The notes: generated by a model from the sequence alone, not told the origin. A stretch of DNA of 64,000 nucleotides from Eledone cirrhosa (GCA_964016885.1 OZ024765.1:12648001-12712000); one strand, 5' to 3'. Positions 1 through 12,741 are shown, counted from the first letter of the stretch. Numbers and translations are program-made.

Positions 1-72
1 CCCCGTCCAAACCCATGCAAGCGTGGAACACGGACGTTAAACGTTGATGATGATGATGATGATGATGATGAT
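1..72 (+). mobile_element. 3' tail of RTE-type LINE/SINE ending in (GAT)n
   Basis: cccatgcaagcgtggaacacggacgttaaacg+(gat)n; near-identical tail at 2880-2955, related at 4130-4180. Confidence 0.7.
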
Positions 73-82
73 GTTGTTGTTG

Positions 83-114
<32 letters not shown>

Positions 115-230
115 GGTGGTGGTCCTGATATATATATATATATATATATATATGCCTATCAGTTTCACAATTTGTCACATAATATTATAACACTGTTATC
201 TGATTACACACATCCTTGTTGATACAACCA

Positions 231-280
231 CAACCACCACCAGCACCACCACCACCACCAGCACCACCACCACCACCACC

Positions 281-311
<31 letters not shown>

Positions 312-325
312 CCACCACCACCACC

Positions 326-356
<31 letters not shown>

Positions 357-376
357 CCAGCACCACCACCACCACC

Positions 377-407
<31 letters not shown>

Positions 408-491
408 CCACCACCACCACCACCACCACCACCACCACCATCACTGACACCACCCCCACCACCACCACCACCACCACCACCACCACCACCA
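231..491. repeat. (CCA)n microsatellite with CAG interruptions
   Basis: Direct reading; source of poly-P/poly-V ORFs. Confidence 0.95.
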
Positions 492-809
492 CTAAAATAA
501 AGTACCAGTAATGTACTGGATAATTGCTGGTTGTATCAACAAGGATGTGTGTAATCATTTGTACATTATTCTATGTACTATACATGCACCTTTGATGAGT
601 TGTAGTGTACCTGAGCACTGTACACAATAATTTCATTATTATTATTATTATAAAGTAGAAACAATTAATATCATTGATATATATATATGAATGTATATAC
701 AGTGTATTTTGCAATACACTGTATGCTTAATTAAAAGCATTTTGAAGACCTTACGCTATTGTTTTAAAGTAGTGACTAAGTCACTTACTTCTATTTTATA
801 TATATATAT

Positions 810-965
810 ATAAATGAAGTAATTCCATCGGAAAAGTCCAGGAAAAAAGAGTGCTCTATGTATGCAACAGAGCTTAATTATTATTATTATGTAATAAACA
901 ACATAAGGCAATTATTCCATTTAAATGGAATAATTGCCTTATGTTGTTTATTACATAATAATAAT
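810..965. mobile_element. Fold-back fragment of the hammerhead-bearing family seen at 62660-62932 and 40875-40966
   Basis: Perfect palindrome 880-965; flank taaatgaagtaattcc..ggaaaaaaga shared with 62660-62720. Confidence 0.75.
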
Positions 966-1040
966 ATATATATATATATATATGATGATATATGTATATA
1001 TGTATGTATATAGGTATATATATATATGTTTATGTGTATT

Positions 1041-1133
<93 letters not shown>

Positions 1134-1153
1134 ATATATAAAAATATATATGT

Positions 1154-1201
<48 letters not shown>

Positions 1202-1220
1202 GTATATGTATATGTATATA

Positions 1221-1276
<56 letters not shown>

Positions 1277-1279
<3 letters not shown>

Positions 1280-1575
1280 AAGTATGACCCCGATGGCAGA
1301 GCTCAAGCCGTTTCGACGGCTATTTCTGGACTAAATTAATTTTTAGCCTGGTGAATAAATAGCTGAACTTGTAAAGGAGGTACTTCCTTATATGGGAAGA
1401 TTGTAGTTTATTCACCAGGCTAAAAAGTCTAATTTAGTCCAGAAATAGCCGTCAAAACAGCTTGAGCTCTGCCGTCGGGGTCATACTTTTTCCTATTTCC
1501 CACTCTACTACTCTAAGTATTGAGTACTCTGGTGCGTTATGGTCCATCTGGTTCCTTACCACATTTCCTTTGTTA
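1277..1575. mobile_element. Fold-back repeat family A (gagctcaagccgtttcgacggct) between (TA)n tracts
   Basis: Inverted arms ~1278-1360/1407-1491; related copies at 5362-5425, 24265-24425, 30696-30884, 32467-32632, 41590-41785, 43322-43516, 45229-45446, 63385-63496. Confidence 0.8.
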
Positions 1576-1661
1576 TATATGTATGTTTGTTATATATGTA
1601 TGTATATACAGAGATGTTATATATGTATGTATATATAGAGATGTTATATATGTATGTATAT

Positions 1662-2072
1662 ACAGAGATGACCCCTTAGCCTTTGTCAAGGCAGAATTCT
1701 AGGAGAAGGAAAACTCTGATATAACACCTGCAACCCTGATGGTATCCAATGATGTTGACTTGTTCTTCTTTTTGGTAAATATCATCTTGGTTAAGAGAGT
1801 GGGACTGGCTTTGTGCAGTGCCTTTGCTCACTATAAAAGCTTCACGGCACAGGCATTGCTTTATATCTGGAGATCTCTCTGCACTTGTCGTTACATGGTA
1901 CCATGGGCCCAGCACTGTGTGTCAATAATTGTCACAAGTGTAGTGTTTGTACCAGAGTTTTCAAGTCGCCGGCTGGACTAAAATGTCACACTCGTTCAGC
2001 GCATCGGTAGGGGTTCTCCTACATGGATATGAAGTAGTGGCCGTACTCGAAAACGAGTTGGCAGCCACAACC
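1662..2072 (+). mobile_element. 5'-truncated copy of the ~610-bp repeat at 8350-8961
   Basis: Near-identical reverse complement of ~8350-8765. Confidence 0.8.
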
Positions 2073-2704
2073 ATATATATATATGTATTCACAATCTTAC
2101 AATCTTACAATCTTACAATCCCATAATCCCACAAAGAGACAGACAGATAGACAGACATACTGACAGATCTTATTTCATCTTAATACATGTAGTATATTCT
2201 GGAGGTAGACCTTTTGTCTGGTCTTAACTGTGTCAAGGTAAAGACTCTTTCAGCAAGACCAGTTCTACTGTGTTGTTTAACTACAGTTGGTGAGACTTCA
2301 TCCAACATGGCTTCTGCTCCCACATATAGAATTTGTCTCAGACACAAACAATTACATGGTATATAGCTATTTTACATAACCTATATACACAATAGAATAC
2401 AATTGATGACTATACATTACAAACATGTTTTTCATACAACAATACAAACAAGCATACATATAATTCATACATATATATACATACATACGTACGTACGTAT
2501 GTACATACATACTAACATACATGCATACCAACAGACATATAATTCATACATATATACATACATACATACATACATACTAAGATACATGCATACCAACATA
2601 CATAAATGCATACATACATATATATATCCCAGCATGACCTCAGCCGGATGGCTGAAACAGGTAAAAGAGTAAAAGAATATATGTATACATATATATATAT
2701 ATAC

Positions 2705-2955
2705 ACACGACAAAAAAACACACAGTCCACGCTGTAATGTGGCCGTGTAGGCAACACGGTAAAAACCTCCCAGCCCCACACTGTAAATGTGGTTGGTGTT
2801 AGGAAGGGCATCCAGCTGTAGAAAACCCGCCAGACAGTCCTATGCGAGCAAGACAACCACTCTTGCCTCAAGTGGGAAAACCCCCGTCCAAACCCATGCA
2901 AGCGTGGAACACGGACGTTAAACGAAGATGATGATGATGATGATGATGATGATGA
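2705..2955 (+). mobile_element. SINE/RTE-derived repeat with (GAT)n tail
   Basis: gttggtgttaggaagggcatccagctgtagaaa core shared with 3950-4180, 4730-4780, 63570-63610. Confidence 0.7.
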
Positions 2956-2970
2956 CGTACACATTCACAG

Positions 2971-3001
<31 letters not shown>

Positions 3002-3107
3002 AAATAGATATTCATTTTATTAAGGCAAAATAGTGAATCTTATCACTATGGAATTTCGCCTGCTTCTCACGGGGTGGGTGGGGGTGGGGTGGGGGTGGTC
3101 ATCAACC

Positions 3108-3156
3108 TCTTATCTGAGATCCTGTGAGAAGCAGGCGAAACTCCAGAGTAACAAGA
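3108..3156 (+). ncRNA. Degenerate minimal hammerhead ribozyme (CUGA-GA, one core nt missing) in an inverted repeat
   Basis: tcttat CTGAGA t cctg..cagg c GAAA ctccagag TA acaaga; inverted arm 3020-3070. Confidence 0.45.
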
Positions 3157-3365
3157 CTCACTAATTAGCCTCAATATAATGAATATTTAAACTGTACTGC
3201 AGTATTGAGTACTCTTTTATCTTGGCTGTCAACTACATACTAATATATATATATATATATATGAGGGCGACTGGCCAAGGTGAAAGCAGCTAGTTGGTCA
3301 GTCGTCCTCTCTGTCTCTGATTTTTTGGATCCATGGTTTTTACATATTCCTTTGTTATATTTCGA

Positions 3366-3423
3366 ATACCTGATGATATCACCGGATTCACACGGAACCC
3401 GGTCATTGAGATGATCATAGTAT
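3366..3423 (+). ncRNA. Minimal hammerhead ribozyme motif (GAAA->GAGA variant)
   Basis: atac CTGATGA tatcaccgg..ccggtcatt GAGA tgatca TA gtat; palindromic ATGATCAT stem III. Confidence 0.6.
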
Positions 3424-3491
3424 AATAAACCTTTCAAGGATATACACCAGTCCAGCCCCCTGTTACTTTATTTATTTATATATATATATAT

Positions 3492-3559
<68 letters not shown>

Positions 3560-3590
3560 ATGTGTATATATATATATATATGTGTATGTG

Positions 3591-3645
<55 letters not shown>

Positions 3646-3721
3646 GTATATATATATGTGTGTACGTACATATATATATATATGTGTGTCTGTACATATA
3701 TATATATATATGTGTCTGTAC

Positions 3722-3782
<61 letters not shown>

Positions 3783-3784
<2 letters not shown>

Positions 3785-4180
3785 CCTTACCCAATTACAC
3801 CTCTCAAAGGCGATGACACACGACCGTGACCTCTGGCGTCACGCAGTAATACAGAGTACCCGACCTCCCATGGGTACAAGCTGAAGCATATAGACAATAT
3901 GCCCCCACACCCTCCCACTGCAAGATGGTCGTGGAGGTGCCACGGCAAAAAAGGACCCAGCCCACACTGTAAAGTGGACGTGTAGGCGCCACGAAAAAGG
4001 ACCCAGCACTCACTGTAAATGAGGTTGGTGTTAGGAAGGGCATCCAACTGTAGAAATCAAGCCAGAATCAGTTCCTGTATGAGCAAGGCATGGTCAGCCG
4101 ACCAGACACTGCCCACAACAGGACAACCCGTCTAACCCATGCTAGCGTAGAAGAACGGACGTAAAACGGTGATGATGATA
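3783..4180 (+). mobile_element. RTE 3' fragment plus SINE-like repeat with (GAT)n tail
   Basis: Encodes [12 protein letters not shown] (RTE C-terminal motif); tail like 1-72. Confidence 0.65.
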
Positions 4181-4216
4181 TATATCATCTTTTCATTTTC
4201 AAAAAAAATGAAGAAA

Positions 4217-4281
<65 letters not shown>

Positions 4282-4839
4282 TTTTCTCGTATGTGAGTGT
4301 ATATCATTAACTTGAAACTCTATACTCTGTCTGTAGGTGTTGCGGTGAATGTTGAATTGTCTCAGTGAGGTTAAAGTCCTCATTGTTGCTCTAAATACAG
4401 AACAGGTTATTATAATTTGAATAAGACTGGCCACCTCCATCTGACCCCCCCAGTTACTTCTACTATACATTAGTATATTAAATTTCTTTAGACATAACTC
4501 TGCAGTAAAATTCAGATAAATACGATACCTGGTGAAAACCTGACAAAATTTTCCAGCACATTGATAGAAGAAATGCCACCACACCCACTGAATATTTTTA
4601 TTTTTGGCATTTTAAAAAGAGATATATCGTTTATTAATAGATTATTAATAGATTGTAAAATGGAGGGGTAGAGAAGGCCCTTGAGTCTAGTAAGACATCC
4701 TTTCTAGTGCTGGTGGCACAAATAAAAGCACCCAGTCCATGCTGTAAAGTGGCGCTGGTGTTAGGAAGGGCATCCAACCAGTGTATCAATGCCAAAACGC
4801 TTATCAGTACAGCAACAAATAGGAACAACAACAAAATAT

Positions 4840-5040
4840 GAAGACGTCGAAGATGTCGTAGAGGTAGACCACGAAAAACGTGGGCAGAGGTGGTGAGAAC
4901 AGACCGCAGATCGCCGAAGCTCATGGTGGAGATGACGAAGGACCGTGACAAGTGGAGAGATGCGGAATAAGACCCGTCCCACCCTTGCAAGCAGGGCAAA
5001 GTGGACGTAAAATGATGATGATGATGATGATGATGATGAT
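4840..5040 (+). mobile_element. RTE LINE 3' end fragment
   Basis: RGRPRKTW..DRDKWR C-terminal motif, (gat)n tail; same family as 5590-6063. Confidence 0.75.
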
Positions 5041-5589
5041 ATAGTATGGTATGGTATGGTCCCATAACTTCTGATAGAGTCGTAGAGGCACTGTATTGAC
5101 ATACATCATTTCTAAGGCATTTTTTAAAACTTGGTGGAACCCATCTCCTCTCCAGGCCTGAATACAGCAGATTTCTTCCAGAGAAGGATAGAGAAAGGAA
5201 GTGAGAAAGATATATATAGAGGAAGGATCGACCCCCAGTATTTGACTGGTACGTTTTTTATCGACCATGAATGGATGAAAGGCAAAGTTGACCTCAGCAG
5301 GATTGAACTCAGAGAGGAGAGAGCTGAAATGAATACTACAAAGCATTCTATCCTGCTGGCTTAGTTAGGGTCTAGCTGTCGAAACAGCCAGAGCTCAGCC
5401 GTCGGGGTCCTGACTCTTTTCCTATAAATAATAGATTAAAGTTTACGCAAAGAATCGCTGCTTTCACCATTAATGGGATCTTCTGTTATTTTGATAAATA
5501 TTTGTTCTATGGTTTCTATATATTTGATATATATATTATCCTTATCGAGCCCTCTTCGGATTTTAGTCTTCACATTTATTATTATTACA

Positions 5590-6063
5590 TGTGATGCGCA
5601 TGGAGGATGACCGATGGATGAAGAGGTACCAAGAAATGCCAGTAGAAGGAAGACGTAGTAGAGGAAGACCACGAAAAACATGAGCGGAGGTGGTGAGAGC
5701 AGACCTCAGATCGCTGAAGCTCACAGAGGAGATGACGAAGGACCGTGACAAGTGGAGAGATGCTGTGCTGAATAGGACCCGTCCCACCCTTGCAAAAGGT
5801 TTGATTGGACTTGTGATGCGCTTGGAGGATGACCGATGGGTGAAGAAGTGCCAAGAAATGCCAGTAGAAGGAAGACGTAGTAGAGGTAGACCACGAAAAA
5901 CATGAGCGGAGGTGGTGAGGGCAGACCTCAGATCGCTGAAGCTCACAGAGGAGATGACGAAGGACCGTGACAACTGGAGAGATGCTGTACTGAATAGGAC
6001 CCGTCCCACCTTTGCAAGCAGGGAAAAGCAGACGTAAAATGATGATGATGATGATGATGATGA
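5590..6063 (+). mobile_element. RTE LINE 3' end, tandemly duplicated
   Basis: Two copies of VMRLEDDRWVKKCQEMPVEGRRSRGRPRKT..MTKDRDKWRDAVLNRTRP; (gat)n tail; another fragment at 45710-45815 (-). Confidence 0.8.
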
Positions 6064-6074
6064 TATATATATAT

Positions 6075-6351
6075 CAGTGGCGAAGGGTAACCTGGAAGGC
6101 AGGGCATGCAGTCCAATCGCCATGGCGGAAAGTGGGGCTGTGCAGCCTTATCCCCCCCCCCCCCCAATTCTCTCTAAATGACCCTCCCGGTCAAAGCCGC
6201 ATCTAGTGTTATCTAGTGTGTATGTGTGTGTTATCTTTTTATCTGTCTACGATTTAGTAAGCAGCCAAAATTCTGCTTGCTTCAACCGATGCAATTGATC
6301 AACACAAGATTCTATAACGCATGCGTTGCATGCACGGACCCTTCGCCCCTG
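6075..6351. mobile_element. hAT-like MITE (277 bp)
   Basis: TIRs cagtggcgaagggt / acccttcgcccctg; atatatat on both sides (possible 8-bp TSD). Confidence 0.7.
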
Positions 6352-6633
6352 ATATATATATATACTATTTTGAGGTTTAATCAAATATATAAAATGTATA
6401 TCAACAATGTTTCTCAATATTAAGGTCCATAAACTTCAGGTTCGAACATCAATCATATAACTTTAAATGATATATAACAAGAATAAGATATATATATATT
6501 GGGAAACAGTATTTTGTACATTTATTCAGAACAAATGTATTTTTGTTTACATACTATTTGTTCTGTGTATACGTACAAAATACAAGGCGTTTCTCAATTG
6601 ATATATCCTGTTATATATCATTTAAACCTATAT

Positions 6634-6749
<116 letters not shown>

Positions 6750-6973
6750 TAATATAACAGATTAAAGTTTAAGCAAAGAATCTCTGCTTTCACCCTTAAC
6801 GGGATCTTCTGAAACTAACAGAGTCAATCTGTAAACGCAGAACTGGATATTTCAAAAAACGTTGCAACCGGAGGAAGACAGGAAGACGATACTTTGGTTC
6901 ATGGTGACGTTCGCTGGCAAAGAACGGGAAAAAACGTGTGTTTCTTATTGGCAACATGACCCTCCCAAAGTAT

Positions 6974-7039
<66 letters not shown>

Positions 7040-7047
<8 letters not shown>

Positions 7048-8026
7048 AGAGGATGTCTGTCTGTCTGTGTAAATCCCTAATACTCGAGAAGTACCCGACC
7101 GATATTTTTCAAACTTTACACATGCGTTACTTATATTTCTTGAAGTGCAATGGGCTAAAAAATGTTTAACTTTTTCAGCCCTAGGGTCTGCATTAGGCGA
7201 AAAACCGCATTTTAAAGGCATTTTAAAGCTTTTTTGAGGCGTAACCTAAAGATAATCCAGTTGATTTCCTCGAAATTTGCAGCACATATTAGTTAGTCCC
7301 CTCGCATTACTATGGACAAAAAAATTTCCGATTCCATAAATGGTTTCTAGGAAATTTACGAATTACCATTTGGCATTACATGCCATTTTAATTTTCAATA
7401 TAAACGCTACTGAAACATCGTAAGTAGTGTATAATATTTCGTTAAAAATTTGGTTTATTTAACAGAGGACACAACACTTACATACTTTTAAGCAGGACCA
7501 TTTTCAGGGGATTGAGGAAATGAGGAGGACCTTCAAAACTTTTGTCGGCGCCCTGTTGACGCTTCGTGCTTTCATCACGCGCAAATCCGAGCCCTGTGTA
7601 CGTTGCCGTATTATTGACACCGTAAAACTCACGTCTGTGCTATTTCTACTAAGACCCCTTTTTGTTGCAGCTACACCGCAGTATGAACGCCCTGCGCAAG
7701 TACGCCGAACAGCGGTTGTGCTAATCCCTTTTGTCGCACCTTTGTTGCTGTGTAAACACAGTGCAACTTGTGCTGCCCAGCGTTTGTGCTAATTGCACTA
7801 TGATCCCTTCTGCTGCAGCTGCGTTGCCACACTGATTTCGTCATCTCAATATCCCTACTTAAACATACATCCCTACTTGGTTTTCATACAATTGACTACG
7901 TCGCACTTTAATCATTCCCTGAGAATAAGGGAATCCAAAAAGTACACAACTACATTCCTCAATCTTTGTATATGCGTGTTGCTATTTGACGTTTCCTACC
8001 CCGTGAAACGCCGGGTCCTGCTGCTA

Positions 8027-8027
<1 letters not shown>
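7040..8027 (+). mobile_element. Non-autonomous Helitron-like element
   Basis: 5' (gtct)n tract; 3' hairpin cccgtgaaacgccggg then CTAG|T; similar end fragments at 15990-16036 (-), 23248-23297, 59330-59361. Confidence 0.7.
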
Positions 8028-8099
<72 letters not shown>

Positions 8100-8349
8100 T
8101 AAAATATTAAACAAATAATGAATAAAACAATGAAACAGTTCCTTATATTAAACAAAAAAAGTTCATTATTTAACGATCGTTTCTAGGATATATATGTGTT
8201 AGAATTGGCATGCATATTCAACAGATCTATGTACAAAATTATACAAAATTATACAAACTACCGTAAACTCTTGGTAGATTTATCTACATATATATATATA
8301 TATATATATACACATACAAATATATACATATATATATATACATACATAT

Positions 8350-8961
8350 GGTGGCTGCCAACTCGTTTTCGAATACGGCCACTACTTTATATCCATGTAG
8401 GAGAATCCCTACCGATGCGCTGAACAAGTGTGACTTTTTAGTCCAGCCAGCGACTTGAAAACTCTGGTACAAACACTACACTCTTGACAATTATTGACAC
8501 ATAGTGCTGGGCCCATGGTACCATGAGACGACAAGTGCAGAGAGATCTCCAGATATAAAGCAATGCCTGTGCCGTGAAGCTTTTATAGTTTTATAGTGAG
8601 CAAAGGCACTGCACAAAGCCAGTCCCACTCTCTTAACCAAGATGATATTTACCAAAAAGAAGAACAAGTCAACATCATTGGATACCATCAGGGTTGCAGG
8701 TGTTATATCAGAGTTTTCCTTCTCCTAGAATTCTGCCTTGACAAAGGCTAAGGGGTCATCTCTCCCGGTGATTTTGGATGGCCATTGACTCTTAAGAGCT
8801 CCTTTGCCCATTGACAGGTTTTGTTTTTAGTCCTGCAGGATGTCCAAAGTCACCCTCCTCACCAAGAAACCTTGGTGGGGTTGCCAGTTTAGTCGCCAAC
8901 GACACGACCATGAGACAGGTTGTACTGGGATACATGTTACCAGTAGCACCAACTGGTGACC
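8350..8961 (-). mobile_element. ~610-bp non-autonomous repeat, RTE-5'-UTR-like, with candidate HDV-like ribozyme at its 5' end
   Basis: Second copy at 1662-2072; 5' region has gtcgttggcgactaa followed by actgg complementary to upstream ccagt. Confidence 0.6.
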
Positions 8962-9147
8962 TGACATATATACATACATACATATACATACATATACATA
9001 CATATATATATACATACATTTATATATATATACATACATTTTTATATATATATATACATATACATACGTATACATACATATACACATACATACACACACA
9101 AATACATACATTTATATATATATAGTAATAATAACAAATGTGAAGAC

Positions 9148-9232
<85 letters not shown>

Positions 9233-9659
9233 GAATAATCGAGTATCGGAAAATCAGCTCACGAATTTACGATAAACAAATCCGACATGAGTGGCAGAGG
9301 GCTCAATAATTCAGATAAATCAGAGCTATAACTATCGTTATGATACCAACACACAAAGAATATGCCTAAAAACACCCGTGCAGCCGAAAAATAACGACCA
9401 GGAAGATTCGGGTCACTCATATATATATATAAGTATGTTTATATATATATATATATATATAAACAAATAACGAAACGAAATTAAATTTTGTTTCGTTTGT
9501 AACTCACTTTTGTATGACTGACGCTTAAACAATTAAGTTAAAGATGTACATCCATATATGTATACTGAAATACTAGTATGTATATGAATACACACACGTA
9601 TACATATGTAGATGTACCAAGTTTTTTTCAGTATACATATATGGATGTACATCTTTAAC

Positions 9660-9732
<73 letters not shown>

Positions 9733-9810
9733 TACACATACGAATTAGCATTTGGCATTACATACCATTTTAATTTTCAAGTATGTTTATATATATATAT
9801 TTTCAAGTAT

Positions 9811-9861
<51 letters not shown>

Positions 9862-9867
9862 TACACA

Positions 9868-10410
9868 TACGAGGTGGTATCAAAAAGTTTCCAGGCTTGT
9901 TCTGTAGCCAGCCAACGAACCACAACACAGGGTGTGTACACTGCGAGAACCATCACTAACCTTCATGCACCAGTGTACCGAGTGACATCGCAGTGTTGAC
10001 TTCACAAGTTGTGAAATCTGTGACTATGTGTATGCTGTAGTCTTGAAACAAAGAGATAACATGAAATTTTGTCGTTCAACTTCTGCTACAGAGACATTGA
10101 GTACGGTTGTACGAAATGTTTCAAGTGGCACGGGTGCTTCAAAATCAGAAGAACGCCACTGGAGATGACAACCGAGCTGAAAAATCTGCCATGAGCCTCA
10201 TTCTCAGAAATGTGGAGAAAATTAATCACCTTGTGAATGAAGATCGTCGGAGGACAATCACACACACACACACACACACATATATACAACACACAGACAC
10301 ACATGACGCATTTCAAAAGAGCTAAATAAATTCCTTATGAAATTTGTGTAGGAGTCGTTTTCTTTCTTTTGTTATTTTTCTTCCTCGATGAAAGAGGGTT
10401 GGGTGTGCGC

Positions 10411-10484
<74 letters not shown>

Positions 10485-10680
10485 GAGAGAGAGGAAGAAG
10501 AAGAAGAAGAAGAAGAGTCGTTGATGACAACCGAGCTGAAAAATCTGCCATGAGCCTCATTCCCAGAAATGTGGAGAAAATTAATCACCTTGTGAATAAG
10601 GATCGTCGGAGGACAATGAACGATATTGCTGATGTTTTGGGCGTTATAACGGCGGCGAAGATTCGAAACCGAATCTGAGC
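9868..10680 (+). mobile_element. Degenerate mariner-like transposon remnant
   Basis: TIR-like tacgaggtggtatcaaaaagttt; duplicated transposase HTH remnant DDNRAEKS..NVEKINHLVNEDRRRT..DIADVLG. Confidence 0.7.
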
Positions 10681-10750
10681 TTTCCTGCCTCTGGGAGAGG
10701 CATACATATATATACATATATATATATAAACCTATACATATATATACATA

Positions 10751-11078
10751 TATATGTGAAGACAAACATAGAATATTCGAAAATATTCTGTATGTTTATA
10801 ATAAACATTTTGAAGACCCAATAGCTATAGAATAGAATACGTCACGTATTACAATTTGAGAAGTCTCTAGCTGTGTCGTTCTCGATAAAAGCATTGGATA
10901 TGTAATCCTGATGATTTCTAATAAGAATGAAACGCGTAGATTACTTCCCTTGCTTTTATCGAGAATCTCAAATTGTAATACGTGACGTATTCTATTCTAT
11001 AGCGATTGGGTCTTCAAAATGTTTATTATAAACATACAGAATATTTTCGAATATTCTATGTTTGTCTTCACATATATA
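10751..11078. mobile_element. Fold-back element (~110-bp arms) with central hammerhead
   Basis: Arms ~10751-10862/10965-11078 near-perfect; inner stem ttctcgataaaagca/tgcttttatcgagaa. Confidence 0.85.
10902..10944 (+). ncRNA. Minimal type I hammerhead ribozyme
   Basis: gtaatc CTGATGA tttct aata agaat GAAA cgcg TA gattac: 6-bp stem I, palindromic ACGCGT, GUA site. Confidence 0.9.
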
Positions 11079-11127
11079 TCGCTATTTCAGAGCATTAAAT
11101 ACATATATATATACATACATATATATA

Positions 11128-11420
11128 CATCATCATCATCATTAGGTCGAGCATGCTCGGCCTTCTACGACACGTTTCCTCCATCCATCTCTGTCTCTCA
11201 TAGCGTTTGCCAGTTCTTCCGCAGTGCATCCAGTATCGACCTCAAGTTGCTTGACGTATGTTGATGGTTGATGGTTGATGGTGGTTCTTCCACCTGTGTC
11301 TTTTGTCCTTGAGGGTGGCCTCTTGTCTGTTTTCGGAGGAAGAGACAGCATGGTTGATGGTGAAACACCAGGTGTCACGGTTCTCAGCTATGGTGGACCA
11401 CCAGCGATGGCTGATGTAAC
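11128..11420 (-). mobile_element. RTE LINE 3' fragment
   Basis: ORF TYVKQLEVDTGC..ELANAMRDRDGWRKRV; (gat)n tail. Confidence 0.75.
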
Positions 11421-11423
11421 AGT

Positions 11424-11975
11424 AATCCTAGTATATATGACATACCAATCCTGGTATATATGACATACAAATCTTGGTATATATTATACACTGATCCTAG
11501 TATGTATGACATACCAACCTTGGTATATATGACATACCAATCCTGGTATATATGACATACAAATCTTGGTATATATTATACACTGATCCTAGTATGTATG
11601 ACATACCAACCTTGGTATATATGACATACCAATCCTGATGTATATAACATACCAATACTGGTATATATTATATACCAGGATTGGTATATATATGACATAC
11701 CAACCCTGGTACATATGACATAATAATCTTGGTATATATGATATACCAGGAATGGTATGTATGGCTTACGAATCCTATACCAATTCTGGTATATGATATA
11801 CCAATCTTGGTATATATGATATACCAGGAATGGTATGTATGGCTTACGAATCCTATACCAATTCTGGTATATGATATACCAATCTTGGTATATATGATTT
11901 ACCAGAAATGGTATCTATCGCATACGAATCCTATTCCAATTCTGGTATATGATATACCAATCTTGGTATATATCA
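11424..11975. repeat. Minisatellite, ~21-22-bp unit tggtatatatgacataccaatc with higher-order repeats
   Basis: Direct reading. Confidence 0.85.
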
Positions 11976-12392
11976 CATAACAAACCTGGACGTCAAACAT
12001 TGAATACTTTCAATGTTCCAGAATTGTCGTCCTCATTATTGACGACACGGGTTCACTAGTGTAGTATTTATTCTAACCTGCAGCGACATGTTCGCATTAT
12101 TTTTCTCGGAAATTTTAAGCACGATCTTCCTTCAGAGAGATGGAAGGCAGTTGACGTCATGTGACGTCATGCGACACGGGACCACCTCATGATATGAGTG
12201 GAAGGGTGAGGGGATGGGTCGAAAGGAATTTCAAGACAATCTGTCTGTGTGCCGTTGTCCGTCATCGTTTCAGCAGCCCCCCCCTTCCTCCTGATGACGA
12301 CGGGAAAACCTTTGAATATGGCGCCGCAATTCCATTTACGACACACTCTCACATTCTTAAATATACATATATATTCCTGTGTGTGACTGTGT

Positions 12393-12427
<35 letters not shown>

Positions 12428-12562
12428 TATATACGTATTTATATACATACATACACACACACACACATATATATATACATACACGTATATATACACATAT
12501 ATATATATATGTATCTATAGACATATACACACACACACACACATACATATATACGTATTTAT

Positions 12563-12603
<41 letters not shown>

Positions 12604-12692
12604 CATACACGTATATATACACATATATATATATATGTATCTATAGACATATACACACACACACACATATACATACATATATACGTATTTAT

Positions 12693-12741
<49 letters not shown>

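Noticed and set aside
12288-12315. CTGATGA cgacgg GAAA
   Set aside because: No stem II and no NUH/stem I complement
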